A stretch of 64,000 nt of DNA from Desulfurococcaceae archaeon (GCA_038888155.1 JAWAJB010000001.1:352001-416000); one strand, 5' to 3'; shown: positions 47,101-57,279, counted from the first letter of the stretch. Numbers and translations are program-made. The notes: generated from the sequence alone by a model not told the origin.

Positions 47101-47706
47101 TTGGTTTCAGGCTTAACTAAAGACGCTATGGTCCAAATAGTTGACTACGTTTACAAAGCCATAGAGCTAATTAGCGAGGCTGAAAAAGAGGAGATGCTCA
47201 GCTCGCTACTTGAAGCACAAAGCGAGAGGAAGAGAATTTTTGTTGTGGGAGCCGGTAGAAGCGGGCTCGTAGTAAAGGCTTTTGCAATGAGGTTAATGCA
47301 CATGGGCTTCGATGTATACGTAATAGGTGAAACAATAATGCCCCCTATGAAGCCAGGGGATATTTTGATAGCAGTCTCCGGCTCGGGCAGAACGAGAACT
47401 GTTATAACTGTTGCCGAAGTCGCTAAGTCAATTAACGCGAAGGTCATAGCTATTACAAGCTACGCGGACAGCCCCTTAGCTAAACTAGCAGATGTCATCC
47501 TGAGAATTCCAGGCAGGACTAAGCTAGCCGTAGAAGAGGACTACATAGTTAGGCAGGTTAGAGGGGTTCACGAGCCATTAGCGCCGCTTGGAACGCTCTT
47601 TGAGATCACAACAATGATATTCCTAGACGGCATAGTAGCAGAGCTAATGCACAAGTTAAATATAACAGAGGAAGATCTTAGGGAGAGGCACAGCAACATA
47701 GAGTAG
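47101..47706 (+). CDS. hxlB: 6-phospho-3-hexuloisomerase
   Basis: GAGRSGL..KAFAMRLMH, SGSG.T, LAPLGTLFE, RHSNIE; TTG after GGAGGT. Confidence 0.93.
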   Translation: MVSGLTKDAMVQIVDYVYKAIELISEAEKEEMLSSLLEAQSERKRIFVVGAGRSGLVVKAFAMRLMHMGFDVYVIGETIMPPMKPGDILIAVSGSGRTRTVITVAEVAKSINAKVIAITSYADSPLAKLADVILRIPGRTKLAVEEDYIVRQVRGVHEPLAPLGTLFEITTMIFLDGIVAELMHKLNITEEDLRERHSNIE

Positions 47707-47765
47707 GGGTTGGATTGCAAATAAGCAACGAGAGTTCGCTCTCTACTGCTAGCTAGGGCCAATAC

Positions 47766-48752
47766 TTGAGGACGTGTGCGTTGTGGAGTGATCAAAGGGG
47801 CGCTAAGCTCTTCCGATCTCTCGCAGAGTTGTTGTCCCTTGCGCTTATCCTTGAGGCATCAGGATACCCAAAGCCAGGGAACGTGCATAGGATCTCAGAT
47901 GGAGCAGGTCTCAGGTACGAAGCTTTTCTAGCAACAGGAGTTTTCGCTCTTAAATACTTTGAGCTGGGCATTAAGCGGGGTTATAGGGGGGTTGGCAAAT
48001 TAACAGTAGGCGACTTGATATACGGTCTAGTCAGCGAGGTAATTAGCAGGACAAAGTCCAGTAACACCTGTTTAGGCTCCTCGTTGCTTCTCTCCCTCAT
48101 GAGCGTTTCTCTGGGCAAGTGCATTAAATGCAGGCCTAGAGGATTGGAGGACTTAGTTGCTGCGTCAAGGGAAATAGTTGAACTGACTACAGAGTGGGAT
48201 GCTGTGTACTACTACAGAGCGATTAGGAGAGCTAGCCCAAGCTATATCAAGCCAGAGGACAATACAGCTGAGTACGTCAATGTGTGGGACCGCGCTTACA
48301 GAAAGCACTTAGTTGAGAAGAGGCAACGCCTCGTAGATGTGTTGAGGTACAGCTCGAAATTTGATGTCGTCGCTAGGGAAGCAGTAAGCGGGTTCGCTCA
48401 GGGGTTAACTTACGAGGAATTCCTCCGCCAAAGGTTGCTTTCCCACGGGGATATCAACAGAGCTATCGTAGAAACATACCTCTACATTTTATCTTTGAAT
48501 ATAGACACAGTAGTTCTACTCAAGCACGGGGAGCGAGTGGCTACAGAGATCTCGAGAAAGGCCAAACAAGTGCTCGACAATCTCGTTAAAGCCAGCGAGA
48601 ACTGGATGCCCCCAGTGTTAGAGCTCGACGTAGAGCTACGGAGTAGAGGCGTAAATCCAGGGGCAGTAGCCGACATCGTTGCTGAAACAATTGCGCTACA
48701 TTTAATAAGGAATGTACTTGAGGGAAGAGAGCCGCTAGAGCTATCTCACTAG
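47766..48752 (+). CDS. citG: CitG family triphosphoribosyl-dephospho-CoA synthase-like protein
   Basis: LEASGYPKPGNVHR, NTCLG, DT.V..KHG, NPGAVAD. Confidence 0.85.
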   Translation: MRTCALWSDQRGAKLFRSLAELLSLALILEASGYPKPGNVHRISDGAGLRYEAFLATGVFALKYFELGIKRGYRGVGKLTVGDLIYGLVSEVISRTKSSNTCLGSSLLLSLMSVSLGKCIKCRPRGLEDLVAASREIVELTTEWDAVYYYRAIRRASPSYIKPEDNTAEYVNVWDRAYRKHLVEKRQRLVDVLRYSSKFDVVAREAVSGFAQGLTYEEFLRQRLLSHGDINRAIVETYLYILSLNIDTVVLLKHGERVATEISRKAKQVLDNLVKASENWMPPVLELDVELRSRGVNPGAVADIVAETIALHLIRNVLEGREPLELSH

Positions 48753-48753
48753 A

Positions 48754-49116
48754 TTAATCAACGTACTCCTTGATGTCTACCTCTTTTCCGCGCTTAACGA
48801 ACTTAAGTTTTATCTCTGGCCTTATATCTAGCCCTAGCGTATTAATAATATTGTAGACTAGGATCCCGTCTATAGAGCTAATAGCGTTGCTCTTGATGGC
48901 CTTATAGAGCTCTAGCAGTAGTGCTCTATATACATCTGGGTACTTGAGCTTGAGCTTCTCCATTAGCTCTACAGCTCTACTATCAGCTAGCCTAGAGAGG
49001 ACTGTCTTCTCTGCGTCCTCCTGGCTACTCCCTGTTTCTCGCGCTTTACTCGAAGTTCTTTCGAGGAGCTTCTTGTAGACCTTTAATTTAAGCGAGTTAG
49101 GTAGCTCGTCGCTCAC
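48754..49116 (-). CDS. PDCD5-like dsDNA-binding protein
   Basis: L..RA.E....LK..YP.V...L helical pattern and C-terminal IKLKFVKRG. Confidence 0.6.
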   Translation of the reverse strand: MSDELPNSLKLKVYKKLLERTSSKARETGSSQEDAEKTVLSRLADSRAVELMEKLKLKYPDVYRALLLELYKAIKSNAISSIDGILVYNIINTLGLDIRPEIKLKFVKRGKEVDIKEYVD

Positions 49117-49311
49117 TTTCCACGAACCTCTTACCTTAAGTTTATAATCTAGCTATAGCGTTATAAACGCTATCTATTTAGCGCATCAACTAACGCGTAG
49201 CGCGCCTTTAGCGAAACAAAAAGCCGCCCCTTAGCTGAGCGGTTAAGGGCAAAGTATATAATAGCTAATAGCAATTGCAATAACTTCTAGGAGTATGCTT
49301 ATTTAGGGTGT

Positions 49312-50313
49312 ATAAATACGTTTGCTGTAGAGGCAAAGGACATAGCCAAGATCTATTCTGGGGGAATTAAAGCGCTCAATGGGGTTGACCTTAGGATCGA
49401 AGAGGGGGCGTCTCACGCAATACTAGGTCCAAACGGTGCAGGTAAAACTACTCTCATAAGGATCTTAACTACCCAGATTAAGCCTACGAGAGGCGAGGCG
49501 CGCGTATTTGGGTATAGCGTCGTGGATCAAGGGAATAGGGTAAGGGAGCTGATAGGCTATATCCCCCAGGAGATGAGCTTGTGGGCCGACTTAACGGGCT
49601 ACGAGAACATGGTTATTTACTCGAAGATATACGGCATTGAGCCGAGCAATAGAAGAGGCGTAATTGAAGAGCTCCTAGAGTTCATGGGCATACGCGAGGC
49701 CTCTAATAGGTTAGTCAGGACGTACTCTGGGGGCATGATTAGAAGGCTTGAGATAGCAATAGCCTTAATGCCCAAGCCCCGATTGCTGATACTCGACGAG
49801 CCTACAATAGGGTTGGACCCTTCTGCGAGGATGCTTGTGTGGGATAAGCTTCAGCTATATAAAAGGGACTACGGTGCTACAATTTTCTTCGCGACGCACT
49901 ACATGGACGAAGCAGATAGGTACGCAGATCGCGTCTCCCTAATAGATAGAGGTAAAATAGTTGAGGAGGGCACTCCCGCAGAGCTTAAGAGGCTTATTGA
50001 AGGCGATAGAATTAAGCTTAAAATAAGCGGTAGCGTTGAGAGGGCCAAGATGGTGCTACTTGAAATTACTAACGAGATCTCTGTAAGCGAGAACGGGGAA
50101 ATACAAATAGCCGTTAAAGACGCAGCTACAGCCTTTCCCGCTGTCATTGAGAGGCTACACAGTTGTGGGATCAACGTTTTAGAGGCTAGGGTTTTAGAGG
50201 CTACGCTTGATGACGTGTTCATAAGGCTTACGGGCAAGCGCATTGTTGAGGATGAGCGCGGAAAACTACGCGAGGTTTTATCTACCAGGAGAGCTATTAA
50301 GAGGGGCGGTTAA
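49312..50313 (+). CDS. ABC exporter ATP-binding protein (DrrA-like); non-canonical start or frameshift
   Basis: Frame extends upstream of the ORF-track start: FAVEAKDIAKIY...ALNGVDL...LGPNGAGKTT; YSGGMIRR, LDEPT, TLDDVF. Confidence 0.88.
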   Translation: MNTFAVEAKDIAKIYSGGIKALNGVDLRIEEGASHAILGPNGAGKTTLIRILTTQIKPTRGEARVFGYSVVDQGNRVRELIGYIPQEMSLWADLTGYENMVIYSKIYGIEPSNRRGVIEELLEFMGIREASNRLVRTYSGGMIRRLEIAIALMPKPRLLILDEPTIGLDPSARMLVWDKLQLYKRDYGATIFFATHYMDEADRYADRVSLIDRGKIVEEGTPAELKRLIEGDRIKLKISGSVERAKMVLLEITNEISVSENGEIQIAVKDAATAFPAVIERLHSCGINVLEARVLEATLDDVFIRLTGKRIVEDERGKLREVLSTRRAIKRGG

Positions 50314-50314
50314 G

Positions 50315-51076
50315 ATAGCGTTCAGCCAACTCATTGGAACTATACTTACTATGGCTGAAATGGAGCTTCGCAGGCTTAGACACGATCCGCTGGAAATTGT
50401 TACTAGAGCGATACAGCCGGTTCTTTGGGTTACAGTTTTCGGCGTCGTAATGGCTCGCAGAGTCTCTATTGACGTAGATAACTACATCTCGTTTATAGCG
50501 CCAGGAGTCGTGCTGCAGTCTGCTACATTCATAGCTCTTGCATACGGCATTATGCTCGTCTTTGAGAGAGAATCGGGTATACTTAAAAAGCTCCTTTCGT
50601 CTCCAATACCGCGCGCCTCAGTTGTTCTAGGGAGGGCTCTTGCAGGAGGCATTAGAGCTTCTACTCAATACATTATTGTACTTATAGCGGCTTCGCTAGC
50701 TGGCGCCAGCCTCACTAGTAATATATTGTTTCTACTTCTCGGCTACTTAGTTGTCATCTACGTTTGTATGGGGTTTACAGCGGTATCTATTCTCCTAGTC
50801 TCGGTAATGAAGACTAGAGAGAGGTTTATGGGCATCATAGGGGCTGTCTCTATGCCCCTGTTCTTCGCTAGCAATGCCCTATACCCGATCGACATAATGC
50901 CGACTGCTATTAGGATGTTCGCCCTTGTAAACCCTATAACGTACACTGTCAATATGCTGAGGAAAATACTGCTCTACTGTAGCCTAGATATCTCAGGCGA
51001 GCTAGTGGCAGTTACGCTATTCTTTGTTGCGGCAACAATTGCCGCTATTAGAGTACTTGATAAAATTGTAGAGTAA
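50315..51076 (+). CDS. ABC-2 type permease (DrrB-like)
   Basis: IQPVLW, YISFIAPG, ERESG, PLFFASNALYP, NPITY; start uncertain (ATA 50315 or ATG 50350). Confidence 0.88.
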   Translation: MAFSQLIGTILTMAEMELRRLRHDPLEIVTRAIQPVLWVTVFGVVMARRVSIDVDNYISFIAPGVVLQSATFIALAYGIMLVFERESGILKKLLSSPIPRASVVLGRALAGGIRASTQYIIVLIAASLAGASLTSNILFLLLGYLVVIYVCMGFTAVSILLVSVMKTRERFMGIIGAVSMPLFFASNALYPIDIMPTAIRMFALVNPITYTVNMLRKILLYCSLDISGELVAVTLFFVAATIAAIRVLDKIVE

Positions 51077-51141
51077 GGTAAAAGCATGAATAAACAGTAT
51101 AAAGTGAATTAAGGAGCTGTGAGCGAAACAACACTGAGGGG

Positions 51142-51864
51142 GTGCCTACGAAAGACGTCATTAAAGTTGTTGATGTATGGAAGGTTTACAAGCTAGGTAG
51201 TGTAGAGTTTCCAGCTCTTCGCGGCGTGAACCTATCCATAGAGAGGGGAGAAATACTCTCAATAATGGGCCCAAGCGGATCTGGAAAGACCACGCTGCTT
51301 AACATTATTGGCTTGCTCGACAAGCCAACGCGTGGAAAGGTGCACATAGATGGCATTGATGTCTCCACGCTCCCTGAACACAAAGTCGCGGATTTAAGAA
51401 ACAAGAAAATAGGGTTCGTTTTTCAGCAGTTCAACTTAATTAACAGGCTAACAGTCTACGAGAACATAGAGCTCCCCCTCATTCCCCGCGGACTGCCCCT
51501 CAGCCAAAGGAGGGAGCTAATCACTAAAGCGCTTCTAATGGTCGGAGGGGAGCAGGTGTGGTTGAGCAAGAAGCCAAATCAACTCAGCGGCGGACAACAG
51601 CAGAGAGTTGCTATTGCTAGAGCAATTGTGGGCAACCCCGAGATAATAGTGGCCGATGAACCGACTGGAAACCTCGATAGAGCATCTGCACGAGTAGTGG
51701 TAGATACATTCATGAGGCTGAATAAGTACGGCCTAACGGTAATAATAGTTTCTCACGACCCTGAGATAGCTAACTGCACTAATAAAATATATACCCTAAG
51801 AGATGGTAATATAGCAGGTGTAAAGGAGCCTGTAGCTGAGGAGTGCATACTGTTCAAGGAATAG
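51142..51864 (+). CDS. MacB/LolD-type ABC ATP-binding protein
   Basis: GPSGSGKTT, RNKKIGFVFQQFNL, LSGGQQQRVAIARA, ADEPTGNLD. Confidence 0.92.
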   Translation: MPTKDVIKVVDVWKVYKLGSVEFPALRGVNLSIERGEILSIMGPSGSGKTTLLNIIGLLDKPTRGKVHIDGIDVSTLPEHKVADLRNKKIGFVFQQFNLINRLTVYENIELPLIPRGLPLSQRRELITKALLMVGGEQVWLSKKPNQLSGGQQQRVAIARAIVGNPEIIVADEPTGNLDRASARVVVDTFMRLNKYGLTVIIVSHDPEIANCTNKIYTLRDGNIAGVKEPVAEECILFKE

Positions 51865-51875
51865 GGTGCATTGCA

Positions 51876-54800
51876 GTGAACGCAAGAAAGTACACAACTT
51901 TGTTGCTCGTCGCGTGTCTGATATTTACGCTTGCGGGGACATTTGCCTCTTTTGCAACTGTTGCCCAATCTAGCGGCTGGGTGCTCGAGAGCAGCTCCTT
52001 CAGATCAACTAACGGGGGCGATGTCTACCCTGGGAGCCGCAACGCTAGGTTAACGGTTATTACTAGGTACATAGGTAGCGAGGAGGCTGTAAGCCCCGTT
52101 GGGTGCCTAGTGGGGCTTCCGCAGGGCTTCCAGCCACTTGGGCCAGCCTGCGTAGCAGGAAGGGACGCCAACAACACTGTCGTCTCGGCGGTTAAGGAGG
52201 GGGCTGTTATCTTCTTCTCATTTAACATCAATGTAGACAGGCGAATTGCTGTTGGTAATTACAGTTCATACTTAAACATCTCCTATTACGTTGCAGGTGA
52301 AGTGCTCTCAGAAGTTATCGAGGTCGGCTTGACCTTATCGGATTACCCACCGATGCTCATCTCCGTAGAAGATGCCTATCTTGCTCCATATAGCTATCCA
52401 GGTGCATGCCCAGTGAACACTTTGTTGAGAATTAAGAACAGCGGCACAACGAGTATAACGAACATGAGAGCTACATTAAACCTCCCCCAAGAGCTGGTTG
52501 AGCCAAGCGAAGTAAACTACACTTACGCGGGCACGCTAAACCCCGGGGAATCAGTATACTTGAACCTCGGAGGAATATGCGTATCCCCATCGGCTTATTG
52601 GGGCTTTAGCGGCCTTCTCTCCATTAAAGCTCAGCTAGTCACTAGCGATGGGGTCGTATACGATGATGAGTCCGAAGCGGAAGTCTGGTTTAACATAGGA
52701 GAGGAGCCGACTATGAAGCTATACGTTCTAGACTACGGGCTGACTAGCGGGTCTACTCTACCTGGCTTCAAGAATACTGGGATTAAATTATTGGTGAGAT
52801 CGGAAGAACCGAGCGTTCTCAGAATATCTCACTCGGTGGTTGAGCTCGAAAAGGCATACTTTACAAACGGCTCGAGCTCAGCTACATTTACAAACAACGT
52901 AGTGCTTAATTACTTGGATTCAGCGCTACTAACCTACAATGGAGTGAACATCGAAGAGGGGGCGAGATTTATTAGCGCATATATCACATTGTACGGCTCA
53001 GCAAACCGGGGGGGAACGGAATACCCCGTTGCGCTCAGCTTATATATTGTGATCTCCCTTGAAAGTAGAGATCTCTCTATACACGTTGCCAAAGTGAGTT
53101 GGGGGCGTAGCTACGCTTATCCTGGTTCTAGCGGTAACACGCTTATAATAGCAATACGCAATAGTGAGGCAGCCCTGAGCTTGAGCGATGCAATTGTAGA
53201 GGTGGCTTTAAGCCCCGAGAGCGCTATTTATCCAGATCGATTGATAGCGTCCAATGTTGCATTGAATCCAGGCTCTCTTGTAGAGGTTTACTTCCAGGGA
53301 ATCTCTATACCTAATACAACGGCGCCCGGCGCTTATGATGCGCTAATACGCATCACGGGAGTTCTAAGAGGGCCTGATGGCTCATTTAGGTACACCTCCC
53401 TGCACCGAGATGCCCTAGTCGTCGTAGAGGATGCATCAAAGTTAACCCCAGTACTGCCTGTTTTCAACTTAGTCGATGTCTTCTGGGGCGAGATTTCACC
53501 TCAGCACGTCTACCCAGGCAACTCGAGGGCCCCTCTCACTATCACTGTGCAAAACAACGGCACTTTCACGGCATTAAATACCCTGTTATTGCTTGAATCC
53601 GCTTCAAGCGATGTGAAGCTGCTTAGTAGAGGAGCTCAGTGCGCTGTTCGACTATCTCCAGGTGATCAATGCTCTGGCGTATTCTACTTAGACCTATCCA
53701 ATGCCTCTAGCGGCTTAATGAGCTTTAACCTCACAGTTAAGTACGTTCTCCAGGAGCTGGGAGTAGAGACTCTGTTCACCCAGGAAATGGCTATCTCGCT
53801 GTATTTGCCTGCGTACCCTGCGGGAACAGGCTTAGTTGTCTCTAGCTCCGGGTGGCTGAACAACAACCCCGCTTTTCCCAACAGCAAGGGAGCTATTCTC
53901 TCTATTACACTTGCTAACCTAGAGCCCTACCCAGTCTACTCTACTTGGGCTAGATTAGAGGCGCCTACCTGCATGGCAATTCATAATGGCACTCAAAACA
54001 CTGCGTATATAGCTGGGCCTGTGGCATCCCTGCAAACTGCTACGATCTCCTTTGCTCTTGACTTGAATAACTGCAACAGCGGAGTACAGGTCGCCGAGCT
54101 AGAGCTAGACTACTACGTCCAGACAACTGGCGGCGGCGTGAGGAGGAAGCTCAACCACACTCTACCCCTGTTTGTTGATGCCGACGAGGGGGGCCTAGAT
54201 TACGTGCTGTCTGGCTGGGTCAATACACCGCTGGTTCCACCAGTGTATGGAGCTTACTACTACGTTGTACTCCGCAATAATTTGTTCCCCCAAGTAAACA
54301 ACCCCGTCCTACGGCTGTACCTTCCTGAGGGCGTAGTTGAGTCTAAGAGCAATAGTAGGGAGCCAGTAATAATGCCTGCGTCTAGGCTAACAGCTCAACA
54401 GGCATTTGTGCTCCAGAGTTTTCCAGGTGGCATAGCCTCACTAATTGAGCAGCTATTACCTCAATTATCGCAACCACAGGTCACCTCAACTGGCAAGGGC
54501 GAGTTTGTAGTGTACATGTTCCAGCTTAACGTAGAGCGGGCGGACATAGAGGAATTCAGCGTGCCGTTTGTTATTTCATTTATAGATCACTGGGGACATG
54601 AGTACAAATTTTCCTCCTCGTTTACTGTTAAAGTGCTCAAAGCGCCGCCCCTCTTAGAGGTCCGCCCAGCATCTCACCTAATAGTATTCAACAATGGGAC
54701 AGCAATTCTAGACGTACACGTTGTTAATAACTACAGCGCTTCTGTGTACAACTTGTACGTTGCACTGGTGCCGGTATCGGGTAACGCTATACCCCAGAAC

Positions 54801-55451
54801 GCAATAAAGTACATTGAAAAGCTGGAGGGTAGGAGCAATACTACATTGAGGTATACGCTTATCTATAATCCCGTTCAGATAACAATAGGTTCTGTACCCG
54901 TTGCTATGACCTCTGCGGTATTCACTGTAACGCTAATATACGTGGATACCGCCGGCGGATATCACAGCATGAACACTACGTTGGCCGCTATGGTATCTCC
55001 GTTTATCGAGCTAGCAATAATGCCCGGCATAGCTGCAAGGCATACTGGCAGTACTCTAATCGTAAACGGAGTTCTCGCTAACACCGGTTTGACGTCGGCG
55101 AAGAGCGTTGTAATTTACTTAAAGTATGCTGGGCGCGAGACGCTGAGCATTATCGGCGACATCGACCCCGCGTCTCAGACGCCTTTCAGAGTTGAGATGG
55201 CAACCCCATATGTGAACAAGACCTGCACAGTCGTAGTGAGGTATAGAGATGAGTACGGCTCAGAGTACGCATTTGAGAGAGAACTGGAGATCACAGTTCA
55301 ACCAGAGGCGCCTAAAACTACCCCTCCGCCCGCAGAAATGGATAGCTTCCTAAGGCTCACTATAATAGTCATAGTCTGCCTGTTTCTAGTAGGGGTGTTC
55401 CTAGTAATTTACAGATATGTTAGAAAATACGTAGGGGAAGGTAGGGCTTAG
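51876..55451 (+). CDS. Large membrane-anchored surface protein with tandem Ig-like (COG1361, S-layer domain-like) repeats
   Basis: Signal peptide, repeated (V/A)YPG-x-N...L.I...N units, many NxS/T sequons, C-terminal TM followed by basic tail. Confidence 0.78.
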   Translation: MNARKYTTLLLVACLIFTLAGTFASFATVAQSSGWVLESSSFRSTNGGDVYPGSRNARLTVITRYIGSEEAVSPVGCLVGLPQGFQPLGPACVAGRDANNTVVSAVKEGAVIFFSFNINVDRRIAVGNYSSYLNISYYVAGEVLSEVIEVGLTLSDYPPMLISVEDAYLAPYSYPGACPVNTLLRIKNSGTTSITNMRATLNLPQELVEPSEVNYTYAGTLNPGESVYLNLGGICVSPSAYWGFSGLLSIKAQLVTSDGVVYDDESEAEVWFNIGEEPTMKLYVLDYGLTSGSTLPGFKNTGIKLLVRSEEPSVLRISHSVVELEKAYFTNGSSSATFTNNVVLNYLDSALLTYNGVNIEEGARFISAYITLYGSANRGGTEYPVALSLYIVISLESRDLSIHVAKVSWGRSYAYPGSSGNTLIIAIRNSEAALSLSDAIVEVALSPESAIYPDRLIASNVALNPGSLVEVYFQGISIPNTTAPGAYDALIRITGVLRGPDGSFRYTSLHRDALVVVEDASKLTPVLPVFNLVDVFWGEISPQHVYPGNSRAPLTITVQNNGTFTALNTLLLLESASSDVKLLSRGAQCAVRLSPGDQCSGVFYLDLSNASSGLMSFNLTVKYVLQELGVETLFTQEMAISLYLPAYPAGTGLVVSSSGWLNNNPAFPNSKGAILSITLANLEPYPVYSTWARLEAPTCMAIHNGTQNTAYIAGPVASLQTATISFALDLNNCNSGVQVAELELDYYVQTTGGGVRRKLNHTLPLFVDADEGGLDYVLSGWVNTPLVPPVYGAYYYVVLRNNLFPQVNNPVLRLYLPEGVVESKSNSREPVIMPASRLTAQQAFVLQSFPGGIASLIEQLLPQLSQPQVTSTGKGEFVVYMFQLNVERADIEEFSVPFVISFIDHWGHEYKFSSSFTVKVLKAPPLLEVRPASHLIVFNNGTAILDVHVVNNYSASVYNLYVALVPVSGNAIPQNAIKYIEKLEGRSNTTLRYTLIYNPVQITIGSVPVAMTSAVFTVTLIYVDTAGGYHSMNTTLAAMVSPFIELAIMPGIAARHTGSTLIVNGVLANTGLTSAKSVVIYLKYAGRETLSIIGDIDPASQTPFRVEMATPYVNKTCTVVVRYRDEYGSEYAFERELEITVQPEAPKTTPPPAEMDSFLRLTIIVIVCLFLVGVFLVIYRYVRKYVGEGRA

Positions 55452-56653
55452 TGAAACTAAGGGACATATTAAGGCTAAGCTTAAGGGCCCTCACAGAGAG
55501 AAAGCTAAGGGCAGTGTTGACAATTATTGGGATAGCAATAGGTCCAATGGCTCTAGTAATGATTGGTAGCATTGTAGGCGGCTACGGAAAATACATAGTA
55601 TCCTCTATCACGGGGCTTGGGCAGAACTTAATAGTTGTTTCACCTGCGCGCGGCTATCAGCTAACTGCAGATGATTTAGAGTACATTAAGCAAATACCGG
55701 GCGTTGTTGACGTAACGCCATTTTATACGACTCAGGGCGAAATACTAGTTAGAGGCGAGCGCAAAACGGTTTACATTTACGGCGTTGAGCCGATGTTTAT
55801 AACGAAAGCTATTTCAAGCCTTACTGTGCTCGAGGGGTACATCCCCTCATCTAGTGAGTGGAGCAAAGCTCTTGTGGGGTATGACGTAGTCTTCAATAAT
55901 GGAGAGAGGTTTTTTGACTTGAACGACGTGTTATCCATTACTATATATAAAGTAGGGACGAGGGGGAGGGTCGAGATAAGGCGATTGAACATAATAGTTG
56001 CAGGCGTGCTCAACAAATTCGGCGGAGCTGTTTTCCTAAATCCTGATGCAGGTATATTTGTGCCTGTAACAACGCTGGAGAGGGCTATTGGCGTAAAAGA
56101 GTGGAGCGGAGTGCTCGTGTTGACTGAAGCTCCAGATCAAGTGGACTCTGCTAGCAGGGCAATCAGAGGCGCATTTTCAAACAACGTTGAAGTTATATCT
56201 TTTCTAGCTATTGCCAGGACAGTGTCAAGCGTTGTCTCAGCAGTTGACTTCATAACCTTTGCTGCATCTACTTCGGCGTTCGCTGTAGCAGTAGCAGGTG
56301 TCGCTGCATCCATGATCACCAGTATAATGGAGAGGACAAAGGAAATTGGCGTCATGAAGGCTATAGGATTTAGAGACAACCAAGTACTGGTCCTTGTACT
56401 AGCCGAGGGCATTATAATGAGCATTATTGGCTACGCGATTGGACTCTCGATGGGTATGCTGGGCGCTAGATTCCTATCGACTCGCGGGCTTGAGATAGGC
56501 AGTTTCTGGAGAATAGAGGCTGAGCCCGAGTTTTCACTGGATCTCGTGTCGAGGAGCCTCGGCATGACTATTAGCGTGGGGGTATTGGGGGCGTTATTCC
56601 CTGCTTACAGAGCCATGAAGATCCCGCCAGCAACTGCACTACGATACGAGTAA
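55451..56653 (+). CDS. MacB/FtsX-type ABC permease
   Basis: RKLRAVLTIIGIAIG, ERTKEIGVMKAIG, PAYRA..I.P..ALRYE. Confidence 0.92.
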   Translation: MKLRDILRLSLRALTERKLRAVLTIIGIAIGPMALVMIGSIVGGYGKYIVSSITGLGQNLIVVSPARGYQLTADDLEYIKQIPGVVDVTPFYTTQGEILVRGERKTVYIYGVEPMFITKAISSLTVLEGYIPSSSEWSKALVGYDVVFNNGERFFDLNDVLSITIYKVGTRGRVEIRRLNIIVAGVLNKFGGAVFLNPDAGIFVPVTTLERAIGVKEWSGVLVLTEAPDQVDSASRAIRGAFSNNVEVISFLAIARTVSSVVSAVDFITFAASTSAFAVAVAGVAASMITSIMERTKEIGVMKAIGFRDNQVLVLVLAEGIIMSIIGYAIGLSMGMLGARFLSTRGLEIGSFWRIEAEPEFSLDLVSRSLGMTISVGVLGALFPAYRAMKIPPATALRYE

Positions 56654-56727
56654 CTCTCGGCCGTTGAGGCTAAAGCATAAAATAAGGTAAACGCGATGTA
56701 GATAAAGTAACTAAATTTAGGAGTGGT

Positions 56728-57252
56728 GTGCGCGTTTCTATGTTGTTGAGAGACATTATTACGAAGTGGCTTTTAGAGGAGGCGTATATAGTTTCTCGAC
56801 TAGAGGCTCCTCCTGAGGCTAGAGTCTCCTGGAGCCTAAACGTGGCTACGCCCGGGGCTCTTGGAGTAAGGTTCTCAGTTATCTCGCCTATGGATAGGCC
56901 CGATAAAGTTGTACTCGTAATGGGTATCGCTATTTCCCACGAACACAGGGACCTCCTCGAAAAGCTTAAGCTCACAGAGCGGATAAAGGTCCTTCACTCA
57001 ATACTGTCTAAGGCCCTGCCCGTGTGCATTGACTGCAAAATAGCAGTTCAGCCCAACATCACAAACCCCCAAACAATAACAATAAACATGGAGCTCTTTG
57101 AAGAGGAAATAGAAAAGTACGGAAAACCTTACTTTATTAGAGTAGTTGCAAGGCTTCTCAACACTTACCTAGCAGTAGTTTCTGGCTTCAATGAGTGGTT
57201 CCCAGTAGTCCCCCCAATTGATAAGGGAAAGGAGCCCCAGACCTTTATGTAG
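56728..57252 (+). CDS. DUF2299 family protein
   Basis: I.KWL.EE, F.V..P...D, I.IS.EH pattern. Confidence 0.68.
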   Translation: MRVSMLLRDIITKWLLEEAYIVSRLEAPPEARVSWSLNVATPGALGVRFSVISPMDRPDKVVLVMGIAISHEHRDLLEKLKLTERIKVLHSILSKALPVCIDCKIAVQPNITNPQTITINMELFEEEIEKYGKPYFIRVVARLLNTYLAVVSGFNEWFPVVPPIDKGKEPQTFM

Positions 57253-57279
57253 GTAGAGCTCCAATACAGGAAATTAGGT

